Origin: an uncultured bacterium
Lineage (GTDB): Bacteria > Actinomycetota > Actinomycetes > S36-B12
NCBI GenBank assembly: GCA_963700745.1
Contig: CAVOYT010000012.1
Location: forward strand, 27,231 to 91,230
DNA: 64,000 nt
Direction of reading: 5' to 3'
The position numbers and the translations under genes are program-made. How positions within the stretch are numbered: the first letter of the stretch is position 1; each line of letters starts with the position of its first letter. The notes below the pieces were generated by a model. It saw only the letters and a program-made list of their open reading frames with translations, was not told the origin of the DNA and searched no databases. Below are positions 41,359 through 50,696 of the stretch, one piece after another.

Positions 41359-41781
41359 CTACTCCGGGTCGGCCATCAGCTCGCCGTGAACGGTCGTCGC
41401 GGCCTGGAACATGTACGTCAGCACGCGGGCAAGGTGCATGGGCACGAGCGGTCGCCCGTCGACGTTGCCCGAGACCCAGACGTGCTCGTCGAGCGTCGAG
41501 AACGTCACGAAGGCCGAACCGGCGTTCTCCTCGTTCAGGTAGCCCAGCAGCTCTGGGGTCGCCCGATAGTGCCCCGCCAATCGCAGCTCCAGGCTGATGA
41601 CGAAGTCGCTGAGGACCCCGACGAAGAGCGTCCCAACCTCGGTCTCGGCCGCCAGTGCACCCTCGGGGACCGGCGTGAGCTGGAAGCCGAACAGCGGCGG
41701 GAAGAGCTCCCCCACCACGGAGAGCAGCGTCGAGTCATCCTCCACGCTGATGACGGCATGCTCGTCTGCTTCCACGTTCAT
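41359..41781 (-). CDS. hypothetical protein, possibly YbjN / T3SS-chaperone-like fold
   Basis: 140-aa acidic ORF from ATG 41781, 32 nt downstream of the GGDEF gene. The fold assignment is a weak recollection. Confidence 0.35.
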   Translation of the reverse strand: MNVEADEHAVISVEDDSTLLSVVGELFPPLFGFQLTPVPEGALAAETEVGTLFVGVLSDFVISLELRLAGHYRATPELLGYLNEENAGSAFVTFSTLDEHVWVSGNVDGRPLVPMHLARVLTYMFQAATTVHGELMADPE

Positions 41782-41812
41782 GACCCTACGCCGCAAGTGG
41801 AGCGCATGTCGG

Positions 41813-42844
41813 TCACCCGACGCCCCGTCTTCGGTACATGTCCTCGTCCGCCGCGGACACGAGAGCGAGAACATCGCTGGGAGCCGTCCCAGAGGCGAAG
41901 CCAACGGTCACCCCGGCATTCCAGGAGTCGTTCGAGAGCCCCTGACTAGACAGGATCGCGTCGACCCGGGCATTCAGATCGTCCGCTGACCCCTCGCGAC
42001 CGGTGCCCAGGACGACGAACTCGTCACCGCCCCACCGCACCAGCAGATCGTTGGAGCGGATCCCCGACTTCAACGCTTCAGCGACGGCGACTATGACGCG
42101 GTCACCGAAGCGATGGCCGAACCGGTCGTTGGCCTCCTTGAGTCCGCGCACGTCGACGAACCAGGCCAGCACTTGACTGTCGGAGCGTTCGGCCGTCGCG
42201 AGGAGTCCCGGCACCGCTCGGGCGAGGCCGGTGCGGTTGAGCGTGTCTGTCATGGCATCGAGCAGCGCCTGGCGCTCGAGTCGCGCATTGCTGTCGGCCA
42301 GCGCATTGACGGCGAGCAGGCGCAGCCGCAGGAGGAATGCACTGACGACGATGGCCGCGACGCACACGAGGACATCCGCGTCACCTCCGGGCCAGGAGGC
42401 CAAGGCGAAGCCCAGCACCGCCAGCACCAGCATGATCGAGGACGCCACCGCAAAGGGCCACCACGCATGCGTCACGGGCCCGAACGCCGTCATGACCACG
42501 GCCATGTAGGCGAGATTGGCCGCGTTGGGCTCCATCCGAAACGCGTTGACCAGCAAGGCCACCAGCAGGGTGGCGCTGCTCGCCCACACCCAGGGGACCC
42601 AGGTCATCGGGACGGTGCCCCGCCGGATCGCCCACGCCAGCCAGATGAACAGCGGCCCGAAGGTCACGTTGATGAGGGAGTTGAAGGCTGGGAGGTCGGG
42701 GATGGCAAAGAAGTTGACGAATCCGAAGATCAGGGTCAGGACTCCCGCCCAGCCGAGGATCTCCGGGATCTGACGCTGCGCCAAGCCAAGCCGAAGATCC
42801 CGACGCTGGCGATCCGACGCCCCGGTATCCACGCGACCTCCCAC
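41813..42844 (-). CDS. membrane-bound diguanylate cyclase (GGDEF domain)
   Basis: Six or so TM segments, then DTLNRTGLARA...FVDVRGLKEANDRFGHRFGD...RWGGDEFVVLG. Confidence 0.8.
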   Translation of the reverse strand: MGGRVDTGASDRQRRDLRLGLAQRQIPEILGWAGVLTLIFGFVNFFAIPDLPAFNSLINVTFGPLFIWLAWAIRRGTVPMTWVPWVWASSATLLVALLVNAFRMEPNAANLAYMAVVMTAFGPVTHAWWPFAVASSIMLVLAVLGFALASWPGGDADVLVCVAAIVVSAFLLRLRLLAVNALADSNARLERQALLDAMTDTLNRTGLARAVPGLLATAERSDSQVLAWFVDVRGLKEANDRFGHRFGDRVIVAVAEALKSGIRSNDLLVRWGGDEFVVLGTGREGSADDLNARVDAILSSQGLSNDSWNAGVTVGFASGTAPSDVLALVSAADEDMYRRRGVG

Positions 42845-42901
42845 GACGAGGCTAGCCGCTGGGGCAGACCAATAGGGAGTCCAAACGAGGCAGTCGCCGA
42901 C

Positions 42902-43351
42902 TCATTCAGGGTGGTGTCCGGCCGTGTGGCGTAACCACCACAGGCCGACGAACGGCAGGACCAGCGGAACGAAGCCGTAACCGACGCCGAAGCCAGACCA
43001 GACCGACGCCGAGGGGAAGGCGTCGGGCAGCAGGAGGCTGAGAGTGCCGACCGCGAGGACACCGGCGAGTTCCACCGAGATCGAGACCGTCGCGACGCGG
43101 CGGGAGGTCCGGTCCCCGCGTGCCAGCGCCACGGTCGCGACCACGTAGATGCCCGCGGCCAGAGCCGACAGCAGATAGGCGACCGGCGCCTCGTCGAACT
43201 TCGTCGCGATCTGCACGATGGACCGAGCGGTCGCCGCCACCGCGAAGATCGCGTAGACCACGACGAGGACACGTCCGAAGCCTTGCCCCGTCGGTCGAGG
43301 GACCGTCACCGACTCGTCAGCCACCGGGGCCAGCCCAGACCTGCTGAACAC
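42902..43351 (-). CDS. hypothetical integral membrane protein
   Basis: Four hydrophobic segments. The likely true start is GTG 43309, just after the upstream stop. Confidence 0.45.
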   Translation of the reverse strand: MFSRSGLAPVADESVTVPRPTGQGFGRVLVVVYAIFAVAATARSIVQIATKFDEAPVAYLLSALAAGIYVVATVALARGDRTSRRVATVSISVELAGVLAVGTLSLLLPDAFPSASVWSGFGVGYGFVPLVLPFVGLWWLRHTAGHHPE

Positions 43352-43683
43352 GCACGATCAGCACCGGCACCACGAGGAACACCACGGCGAGAACACCGGC
43401 CGCCGCCCGCGACTTCTCTCCGCGGACCCACCATGCCGCGGCCGGGACGATGGCCACGCACGCGGCGAGGTAGCCGACGAACTCCGCGCGGGCGAAGTCG
43501 CGGTCACTGCCGACCATCTGGACGATCCCGCCGATGGCGAATACGAGCAGCATCACCTCGAGCACCGCGACCGCAGCGAGCAGCGTATCGCCCGGGTGGC
43601 CGGTTGATGAGCACCAGGACGGCTGCCCAGGCGGCCAGCAGCAGGGACACCACGATGACGGCGTTGGTGTAGGGGCCGGTCAC
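43317..43683 (-). CDS. hypothetical integral membrane protein; frame break near 43595
   Basis: GTG 43683 (AGGGA upstream) gives VTGPYTNAVIVVSLLLAAWAAVLVLINRPPG. Removing one g from cccggg joins it to ...LLAAVAVLEVMLLVFAIGGIVQMV (ORF 43317..43565). Confidence 0.45.
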
Positions 43684-43704
43684 GACCCGGGTCCCTGAAC
43701 TCGA

Positions 43705-44447
43705 TCAGCCTTCAATGTCCCACGCCACGTTGAGCGTCACGCTGATCAGCGTGGTCCCAGGCTCGATGGGCGTGGTCACCTTCTCGGCCGACACCGCCGC
43801 ATCCTCGGCGTAGGCGATGGGCGGGGGCGCCACCGTCGATGATGACTCGGACACCGAGGCGACCGGCCCCAGGGTGAAGTCGAGCAACTGCGCGTACTGC
43901 GCGGCCTGTGCACTGGCGATCTCGACCGCCTGGGCGCGGGCGGCGCTGGCGGCCACGGTCGGATCCGTGACGTACGGCGAGAGCGAGTCAACGCGCACGG
44001 CGTTGCCGCCGGCCGCCACCGTGGCATCGAGAGTGGCACCCGCGGTCGCCAGGTCGCGCAGCGTGACCTCGATGGTCTGTGCCGCGCGGTAGCCGATCAG
44101 TTCCTGCCCGCCATCGGACGTGTAGTTGTACTGCGGACCGACACTCACCCCCTGGGTCGCGACGTCCGCGTCGTCCACCCCGGCCGCGGAGAGCGCACCG
44201 AGTACCGCCGTGGCGGCCTCGGCGGCCGATTGCTGGGCGGACTGGGCAGACGCAGGATCCGTGACCTCGACGGTCAGCGAGGCACGCGCCGCGTCCGGAA
44301 CGGCTTCCGCCTGCCCCGTGGCCGACACGCTCACGGTTCGCGGCACGTCCGCCGCCGTGGACGTCGTCGTCAGGCTCATCGGGGCGCAGGCGGTCAGCGA
44401 CGCACGGTGGGGACGGCGACAACGGCGGCCAGCCAACGAGACGTCAC
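43705..44447 (-). CDS. SIMPL-domain (DUF541) lipoprotein; frame break near 44400
   Basis: VSATGQAEAVPDAARASLTVEV...GYRAAQTIEVTLRDL...ISVTLNVAWDIEG. The signal peptide VTSRWLAAVVAVPTV is in another frame and precedes the SLTAC lipobox. Confidence 0.7.
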
Positions 44448-44511
44448 GGCGTCAAGGTAGCAGCGGACCCGTTCCGTCCACGGACCCCTGAGCCCGCAGC
44501 CGATCACCGGG

Positions 44512-45513
44512 TCACCCCGAGGCGGAACCCCCGGCCACCGCGAGTAGCGCCGGATCGGTGAACGGGTTGCCCACCGTCTGGCCGTTGACGACCACGGTCG
44601 GCGTGCCGCCCACCCCACGCCCGAAGCCGGCCTTGGTCGTGGCGGACACGAACGGCACGTTCTCCTCTGCCTCGATGCAGGCGATCGCGTCCGCCGACGC
44701 CCCCGACTGCTGTGCCAGGTCCACCAGAACCGGCGCGGTGAACTGCCCCGCCGGCTCGCTCGGGTCGGCAGCCGCGAACACCGCCCGCGAGAAGGCGACG
44801 AACGTCTCGCCACCATCGTGATTGACGACGCAGGCGGCCGCGCTGGCGGCTCGCGCCGAGGCACCGGCCGGTTCGAGATCGGGACTGGTCTCGCCGAGGA
44901 ATGCCAGGTTGTACTGCTTGACCAGCAGGCCGGAACCGGGTTGCACGGCCTTGTCGATCAATTCCTTGCCGATGGTCTGCTCCCACTGCTGGCAGTAGGG
45001 GCACTGGTAGTCGACGTAGACCTCGACGACGTCGGCCGCGGCTGGATCCCCGATCAGGATGGCCCCGGCCGCGTCGGCTCCTGACGGCAGCTCTGCCAGC
45101 CCCTCCAGGTCGGGTGCGGGGCCCAGCTGTGGCACCTCGGTCGACTCCGGTGCCGGCTGCGCGGCCTGCGGCGCAGCCTGCACGGCGGCGGCGTCGACCT
45201 GGGTCCCCAGCGCCGTCACCTGCTCACTGAGCGCGTCGAGCTGCGTGCGGCTGCCGGCGAGGGCGACGGCCAGACCAATCAGCAGGACGACCAGCAGCCC
45301 GAGACAGGCGACGACCAGGTAGCGCAGCGTCCGGACCTGACCGCGCAGGCTGGCAACCCCCGATCCGGCATCGCCAGCGGCGGCTGAGGCGACGGCCTGC
45401 GGGTAACCGACGACGACCGTCGGCGCAGGCGCGCTCGGTACCGGCTCCGTCATCGGCTGGTCACTCGGTACGGGCTCACCTGGCTGGGAGGGCTCATCAG
45501 TCATGAGTTGCAC
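44512..45513 (-). CDS. membrane-anchored DsbA-family thiol:disulfide oxidoreductase
   Basis: TM anchor LVVACLGLLVVLLIGLAVALA. Thioredoxin-fold with the YVDYQCPYCQQWE active site. Confidence 0.8.
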   Translation of the reverse strand: MQLMTDEPSQPGEPVPSDQPMTEPVPSAPAPTVVVGYPQAVASAAAGDAGSGVASLRGQVRTLRYLVVACLGLLVVLLIGLAVALAGSRTQLDALSEQVTALGTQVDAAAVQAAPQAAQPAPESTEVPQLGPAPDLEGLAELPSGADAAGAILIGDPAAADVVEVYVDYQCPYCQQWEQTIGKELIDKAVQPGSGLLVKQYNLAFLGETSPDLEPAGASARAASAAACVVNHDGGETFVAFSRAVFAAADPSEPAGQFTAPVLVDLAQQSGASADAIACIEAEENVPFVSATTKAGFGRGVGGTPTVVVNGQTVGNPFTDPALLAVAGGSASG

Positions 45514-45597
45514 ACTAATCCAGCATCACCAGCGGGCCATCTCGGCCGGGCGCGGCCATCGCTACCCCTCGCCAGGGCCTGCAGGCGGATTTCCCGG

Positions 45598-45637
45598 ATG
45601 TGGCACGATCCATAGCCGTTATATGGCACGATCCATA
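45598..45637. repeat. two direct copies of AT(G/A)TGGCACGATCCATA spaced 23 nt
   Basis: Copies at 45598-45614 and 45621-45637, with a 14-nt identical core. Located in the dsbA-like / lacI divergent intergenic region. Confidence 0.6.
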
Positions 45638-45790
45638 CTGTTCGGGCGCGGGGGATTCGAACAGCCGGCCCCTCGCCTCGGGTAGCAGCGCTGAGGGGGA
45701 TCCTGAGGCGATGGGCCGGCTTGATCACCCGCCCGTCTCCCCGCTGCGGGATATCCCTAGTCACGCAGGCCGAGCGATCCGGGGTCATGG

Positions 45791-46834
45791 ATGAACCAGG
45801 CAAGTAGACCGGCCACCATGCGCGACGTCGCCGCGCGAGCCGGGGTATCACGCTCGCTCGTCTCGACCGTCTTCCGCGGCGTCCCGGGCGCCAGCCCCGA
45901 GACCCGTGCACGCATCCTCCAGGCGGCCGCCGACCTCGGATACCGGCGAGACGACCGCGCTCGCCAGCTCCGCAGCCGGGAGCGGCGCGTCATCGGGGTG
46001 ACGCTGACCGCCGTGCATCCGTTCCACGTATCCGTGGTCGAGCAACTTCACGAGGCGGCGGGGCTGCAGGGCTACGAGCTCTCCATCGCGCTGAGCACGG
46101 GCAGCCGGACGCTGGCCAGTGCTGTGGACACACTGCTGGCCCAGCGCTGCGCCGCTGTCGTCCTCATCGGTCCGACGGTCCCGGAGGATGAGCTGGCCGC
46201 CCTGACGCAGGCCTGCCACGGCGTGCCCGTCGTCATCGTCGATCGCTACGTCAGACTCCCCGCGGCCGACGTGCTCCGCATTGACGATGCGCGGGCGCTC
46301 GCCCTGTGCATCGACCATCTGACCGGCCTCGGCCATCAGGACATCTGGCATGTCGATGGTGGCGACTTCGTCAGCGCCCAGCCTCGACGAGACGCCTACC
46401 TTGCCGCCATGACGACGCGGGGCCTGGATCGGCATGCGCGCGTGGTTGCTGGGGGCGGCACGGAGATCGACGGCGTCGCGGCCGGCACCCGCCTGCTCGC
46501 GGCCGCCGACCTACCGACCGCGGTCGTGGCCTACAACGACCGGGTCGCGTATGGACTCATCGATGGGCTCCGGCGACACCACGTGCAGGTACCGCAGGAC
46601 GTGTCCGTCGTCGGCTTCGACAACATCCCCGAGGCCGGACTTCCGCACCAGTCCATCACCACAGTGGAGCAGCGAGCCGACGACCTCACCGCCATCGTCG
46701 TGGACGTGCTCCTGAGGCGCCTGTCAGGAGAGCCCCCCGCGGGCCTGCGCCTCACTCCACCGGGGCCGCTCGTCGTCCGAGGGACAACGAGTCGACCACG
46801 CCCGAACGGGCGCCTGCGCTCCGTCGCGGGCTAG
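45791..46834 (+). CDS. LacI-family transcriptional regulator
   Basis: ATMRDVAARAGVSRSLVSTVFRG helix-turn-helix, plus a periplasmic-binding-protein-like domain. Confidence 0.85.
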   Translation: MNQASRPATMRDVAARAGVSRSLVSTVFRGVPGASPETRARILQAAADLGYRRDDRARQLRSRERRVIGVTLTAVHPFHVSVVEQLHEAAGLQGYELSIALSTGSRTLASAVDTLLAQRCAAVVLIGPTVPEDELAALTQACHGVPVVIVDRYVRLPAADVLRIDDARALALCIDHLTGLGHQDIWHVDGGDFVSAQPRRDAYLAAMTTRGLDRHARVVAGGGTEIDGVAAGTRLLAAADLPTAVVAYNDRVAYGLIDGLRRHHVQVPQDVSVVGFDNIPEAGLPHQSITTVEQRADDLTAIVVDVLLRRLSGEPPAGLRLTPPGPLVVRGTTSRPRPNGRLRSVAG

Positions 46835-46945
46835 TCGGGCGGCGGTCAGCGTGCCTCGCGCTGCTCACCTCGCTACCGTGGAGGGTGAATCGGCCATCGC
46901 CCCGGTGAAGGCCGACCAACGAGCCACGCGAGGAGAGGGACTGCC

Positions 46946-47833
46946 ATGAACGCCGAGATGTTCCAGAAGATGAAGGACGGGCAGGGCTTCATCGCCGCCC
47001 TGGACCAGAGCGGCGGCAGCACTCCCAAAGCGCTGGGGCTGTACGGGGTCGAGGAGTCCGAGTACTCGAACGATGCTGAGATGTTCGATCTCATCCATGC
47101 CATGCGCACCCGCATCATCACGAGCCCCTCGTTCGGTGGCGACCGCATCCTGGGCGCCATCCTGTTCGAGATGACGATGGAGCGTCAGGTCGATGGCGTG
47201 GGCACCGCCGAGTACCTGTGGCGCACGAAGAACGTCGTGCCGTTCCTCAAGGTCGACAAGGGCCTGGCCGACGAGGCCGAGGGCGCCCAGCTCATGAAGC
47301 CGATGCCCGGTCTCGACGAACTGCTCGACCGCGCCAAGGCGCACGGTGTCTTCGGGACCAAGATGCGGTCCGTCATCAAGCTTGCCGATGCGAACGGCGT
47401 CGCCGAGGTCGTCGGTCAGCAGTTCGAGATCGGCCGTCAGATCCTCGCCGCGGATCTCGTCCCGATCATCGAGCCAGAGGTCGACATCCACAGCCCGGAG
47501 AAGGAAGCGGCCGAGGAACTGCTCAAGACCGCCCTCACGATGCAGTTGGACCTGCTCCCGGACGATCAACAGGTGATGCTCAAGCTCACCCTCCCGACCA
47601 TGGACGGCTTCTACTCCGACATCGTGGCGCATCCGCGGGTACTGCGAGTGGTGGCTCTGTCCGGTGGCTACAGCCGCGAGGAGGCCAACAGCCTGCTGGC
47701 CCGCAACCCCGGTGTCGTTGCGTCATTCTCGCGCGCACTGACCGAGGGACTGAGTGCTCAGCAGTCCGACGACGAGTTCGACGCGGTGCTCGACGCGACC
47801 ATCCAGACCATTTACGACGCGTCGATCACCTGA
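46946..47833 (+). CDS. fda: class I fructose-bisphosphate aldolase
   Basis: [16 protein letters not shown]...[10 protein letters not shown]...PIIEPEV...LKLTLP...VVALSGGYS is the pattern of the short bacterial class I FBA. Confidence 0.9.
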   Translation: MNAEMFQKMKDGQGFIAALDQSGGSTPKALGLYGVEESEYSNDAEMFDLIHAMRTRIITSPSFGGDRILGAILFEMTMERQVDGVGTAEYLWRTKNVVPFLKVDKGLADEAEGAQLMKPMPGLDELLDRAKAHGVFGTKMRSVIKLADANGVAEVVGQQFEIGRQILAADLVPIIEPEVDIHSPEKEAAEELLKTALTMQLDLLPDDQQVMLKLTLPTMDGFYSDIVAHPRVLRVVALSGGYSREEANSLLARNPGVVASFSRALTEGLSAQQSDDEFDAVLDATIQTIYDASIT

Positions 47834-47842
47834 GGCACCCGC

Positions 47843-48616
47843 TCAGGTCAACAGCTCGACGGAATCACCGAGGGCGATCCGGCCCTCGGTGATGACCCGC
47901 GCGTATACGCCGAAGTTGAAACCGGGCCCGAAGACCGAGTCCTGTCGTCCGCGGTAGTCGCCGATGAGGGACAACGTCTTCAGGTCGACGTCTCCCGTGT
48001 CCGGATGGCGGGTGGTCCCCGCGCATCGCTGCACCGGTCCGCCCACGTCGGCGACCACGGTCCCGATCCGGATCGGCCGCCCCTCCCAGCCGTCCTCGGC
48101 GTGCGGGGCGGCGCCGTCGAACTCGATGAGCATCCGGAACCGTCTGCTGTCGACGTCCTCGAGCCCGGCTGACTCGGCCAGGCGTGCCGTCGACGCCTCG
48201 CCCAGCAGTGTCAGCGGCTCGACGTCGTGACCGCCGTGGGGGTCATCGGCCCGCACCAGCCGCAGCGAGCGGCCCGCGCGGCCGGACAGCAGGGCATCCC
48301 ACGGTCCCGGAGCCAGCCGGCCGCGCACGTCCTTGAAGCCGAAGAAGCTGGCCACGTGCGGGTCCCCCGTGGGCACCGGAGCCTCAACCCGGATGCCGTC
48401 AGGTCCGGTGAGGGTCAGCACGTTCGCATCGGCGTCGAAGTCGGCCCGAAAACCGACCAGTGCCCCGGTCTTGGCGATCGAGTACAGCGCATCGCGATCG
48501 TCCACCAGGTAGAAGATGCGGTCCCCCACGACGCCCGTCGCGCGCACCTCGACACTCGGTGGATGGTGCAGGGCAAGGCCCTTGACGGGGGTGATGGACA
48601 GCCTGGTGACGCGCAT
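47843..48616 (-). CDS. MOSC-domain protein
   Basis: N-terminal beta-barrel (ITPVKGL) plus MOSC C-terminal block (...PVQRCAGTTRHPDTG...NFGVYARV). Confidence 0.8.
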   Translation of the reverse strand: MRVTRLSITPVKGLALHHPPSVEVRATGVVGDRIFYLVDDRDALYSIAKTGALVGFRADFDADANVLTLTGPDGIRVEAPVPTGDPHVASFFGFKDVRGRLAPGPWDALLSGRAGRSLRLVRADDPHGGHDVEPLTLLGEASTARLAESAGLEDVDSRRFRMLIEFDGAAPHAEDGWEGRPIRIGTVVADVGGPVQRCAGTTRHPDTGDVDLKTLSLIGDYRGRQDSVFGPGFNFGVYARVITEGRIALGDSVELLT

Positions 48617-48671
48617 GGCTCACCGTATCCAGTCCGCTGATCAGCGCGTCCAGCGCCGCGGCATCGAATGC

Positions 48672-49379
48672 TCAGTGCGGCAACGGCACGACCACGCCGT
48701 CGATGACCACCTCCGCCTCGACCGAGGCCACGAGGTCGACGTCGCCGGGCAGGTGCAGCACGATGCCGCTGATGTAGGCCACGTCCACGGGCTCGCTGCC
48801 CCGTGCAAGGTCGATGTACCGGTGCATGTCCTCCACCGTCGACCGCCGCGCCAACTCCGTGAGCTCCCGGAGCTCCGGCACCGGCGCGGCCCCCAGCGCC
48901 CGATGCAGGCGACCACGCAGGAAGGACTGCTCTACGTCGTCCGGGTCCACCACCGCCTCGGACAACCCCGCCACCAGCTCCTCGCGGAACGCCGCGAGGG
49001 CGCCGCAGGCGGCAGAGGCTCGGTACATCCCGCGGCGCTGCACACGACCGACCACTCCCTCCGCATCGATGCCGAGGTGTGGAAGCACGAACACGGCGAG
49101 TCGGTGCCGCCCGTCCTCACCCGGGACGTGACCGAGCGCCGCCTGAATACCGGTGCGCCCGACAAAGACGAGACCACCGAGGGACCCGACCTGGAACGGC
49201 CTTCCCCAGACTCCCGCCACCGCCTCATCCACGTCGGCCATCAACTCGTCCCGGCAGGTGGCGACGATCGGCAGGCAGTTGCGCGGGCGGAACCCGACAC
49301 GGGCGAGCGCCCATTCGGTCCACGTGAGGAAGTCGTCCAGTTCGACGGCGTCACCGACGAGCGCGGCGGGCGCGACCAT
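48672..49379 (-). CDS. conserved hypothetical protein; resembles LCIB/LCIC-type beta-carbonic-anhydrase-fold family
   Basis: Blocks ATCRDE, GSLGGLVFVGRTG, HVPGEDG, VLPHLGI and RRGMYRASAACGAL match my recollection of LCIB-family motifs (Cys/His/Cys zinc ligands). Not verifiable without an HMM search. Confidence 0.4.
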   Translation of the reverse strand: MVAPAALVGDAVELDDFLTWTEWALARVGFRPRNCLPIVATCRDELMADVDEAVAGVWGRPFQVGSLGGLVFVGRTGIQAALGHVPGEDGRHRLAVFVLPHLGIDAEGVVGRVQRRGMYRASAACGALAAFREELVAGLSEAVVDPDDVEQSFLRGRLHRALGAAPVPELRELTELARRSTVEDMHRYIDLARGSEPVDVAYISGIVLHLPGDVDLVASVEAEVVIDGVVVPLPH

Positions 49380-49460
49380 GGGGCTCCTCGGATCGGGTCT
49401 GACCAGCCTAGGGGGCGGCAGCGCTGCTGGTGCTGGTGTCCGTCCAGCCATCGCCGTGAC

Positions 49461-49955
49461 TCAGTACGAGATCCCGAAGACCGAGGTTCCGCACTTCTGG
49501 CACAACTCGTCTCCCAGGGCGTGCTCCGGAGCCACCAGCGTTCCGCAGTAGCGGCACACGACCAATGACGGTGCCTTCGCGGCAGCGGCGGTGTCGACGG
49601 CTTCTCGCAGCCGGGACAGGAGCTCGTCGGTGGCTACGGACGGCGTTCCCGGCTCCGGGGTTCGAAGGGACTCGATCGGTTCTGTCAGCGACCACAGCAG
49701 CGGCCACGAGCCCTGCCAGTCCCCCACCGCAACGCCGACCCGGATCGCCGGACTCGGCTGGTCGGTGACGAGGATCGCCACGGACGGACCGGCCCGGCCC
49801 ACGAAGAGGGTGCCGGGCTGCTCGACCTCCTGCTCGGACGACCGCTCGACCACATGCCAAGGACCGCCGACGTGCTCCAGCAACTCACGGGGGCCGACGC
49901 GGAGTCGTTGAGCCAGCTGGGTCGTGTCCGACTCGTCGATCCACATGAGTCCCAT
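49461..49955 (-). CDS. hypothetical protein with C-terminal zinc-ribbon (CRYC...CQKC)
   Basis: 164-aa intact ORF with high GC3. CxxC-x14-CxxC at the C-terminus. Confidence 0.5.
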   Translation of the reverse strand: MGLMWIDESDTTQLAQRLRVGPRELLEHVGGPWHVVERSSEQEVEQPGTLFVGRAGPSVAILVTDQPSPAIRVGVAVGDWQGSWPLLWSLTEPIESLRTPEPGTPSVATDELLSRLREAVDTAAAAKAPSLVVCRYCGTLVAPEHALGDELCQKCGTSVFGISY

Positions 49956-49992
49956 GCTGCCACCACGATGCGTGCCGGCCGGGGGCAGCGCC

Positions 49993-50358
49993 TCAGTGCG
50001 CAGTGACCCAGGCCACCGCCTGCGCCTGTTCCGCGAGACCGTACGTCTTGATGCGGGACGGGACGAACCATGCGAACGCGTTGACGCTGTGCCGCACCCA
50101 TTCGGTGTCGGAGACGACGGCGATGCGCTCGCACCGCGAGAAGTCCTTGGTACCCACCACGGCGTCCTCCCACATGGCCGCTCCGGAGTACCCGGTGAAC
50201 TCGCTGCCGAGGACGTAGAGGAGCCGGATCCTCTCGTTCTTGCCCAGCGCCGTGTCGATAGCGGGGTCCAGGACCGTGGTGTAGTCCGATGCCTCCACCT
50301 TCCCGATCGCCTCGAAGCCGACGACGTCGTCAGGCAGATCGGTCAACAGTCGAATCAT
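49993..50358 (-). CDS. STAS/SEC14-like (SpoIIAA-like, DUF3478-type) protein
   Basis: MIRLLTDLPDDVVGFEAIGKV...RIRLLYVLG...ERIAVVSD. The start overlaps the stop of the DUF1918 gene (ATGA). Confidence 0.65.
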   Translation of the reverse strand: MIRLLTDLPDDVVGFEAIGKVEASDYTTVLDPAIDTALGKNERIRLLYVLGSEFTGYSGAAMWEDAVVGTKDFSRCERIAVVSDTEWVRHSVNAFAWFVPSRIKTYGLAEQAQAVAWVTAH

Positions 50359-50558
50359 GGCGATGCCTCCGGCTCCGCCGGGACAACCGTCGTACCTGGG
50401 CCCGGGAACACCAGCGACTCGTGACCGTCGTCGAACCACCTCACCAGGAACGGCGCCGTTCCGTCCGGTCCGTGCACCTCGATGATCTCGCCGTCGCGCA
50501 CGTGGTCGGACACGTGGGCGCCGTGCACCACCATCCGGTCTCCAACCTTGGCCTGCAT
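50355..50558 (-). CDS. DUF1918-domain protein (67 aa)
   Basis: MQAKVGDRMVVHGAHV...GEIIEVHGPDGTAPFLVRW.DDGHESLVFPGP. GGGAGG upstream. Confidence 0.7.
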   Translation of the reverse strand: MQAKVGDRMVVHGAHVSDHVRDGEIIEVHGPDGTAPFLVRWFDDGHESLVFPGPGTTVVPAEPEASP

Positions 50559-50696
50559 ACCAACCTCCCAGTTCGCGGTGTCGACACCTGCCGCCTTCAG
50601 GCTACTGCGGGCCGGCGCGCCATCCCCGTCGAGAACGGGACCAACGACTCTGGATGCCGGGTCAGCGACCGAACGAACGGCGCCACCCGTCCCCAC

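Noticed and set aside
45601-45637. TGGCACG resembling the -24 element of sigma-54 promoters
   Set aside because: No TTGC -12 element lies at the correct spacing (ATAG instead). Actinobacteria generally lack RpoN.
45640-45720. GGGGGATTCGAAC, which looks like the reverse complement of a tRNA T-arm (possible tRNA or integration-site remnant)
   Set aside because: I could not fold a cloverleaf on the minus strand. The T-stem does not pair (GGCUG versus CCCCC), and there is no acceptor stem or anticodon arm. No integrase or island lies nearby.
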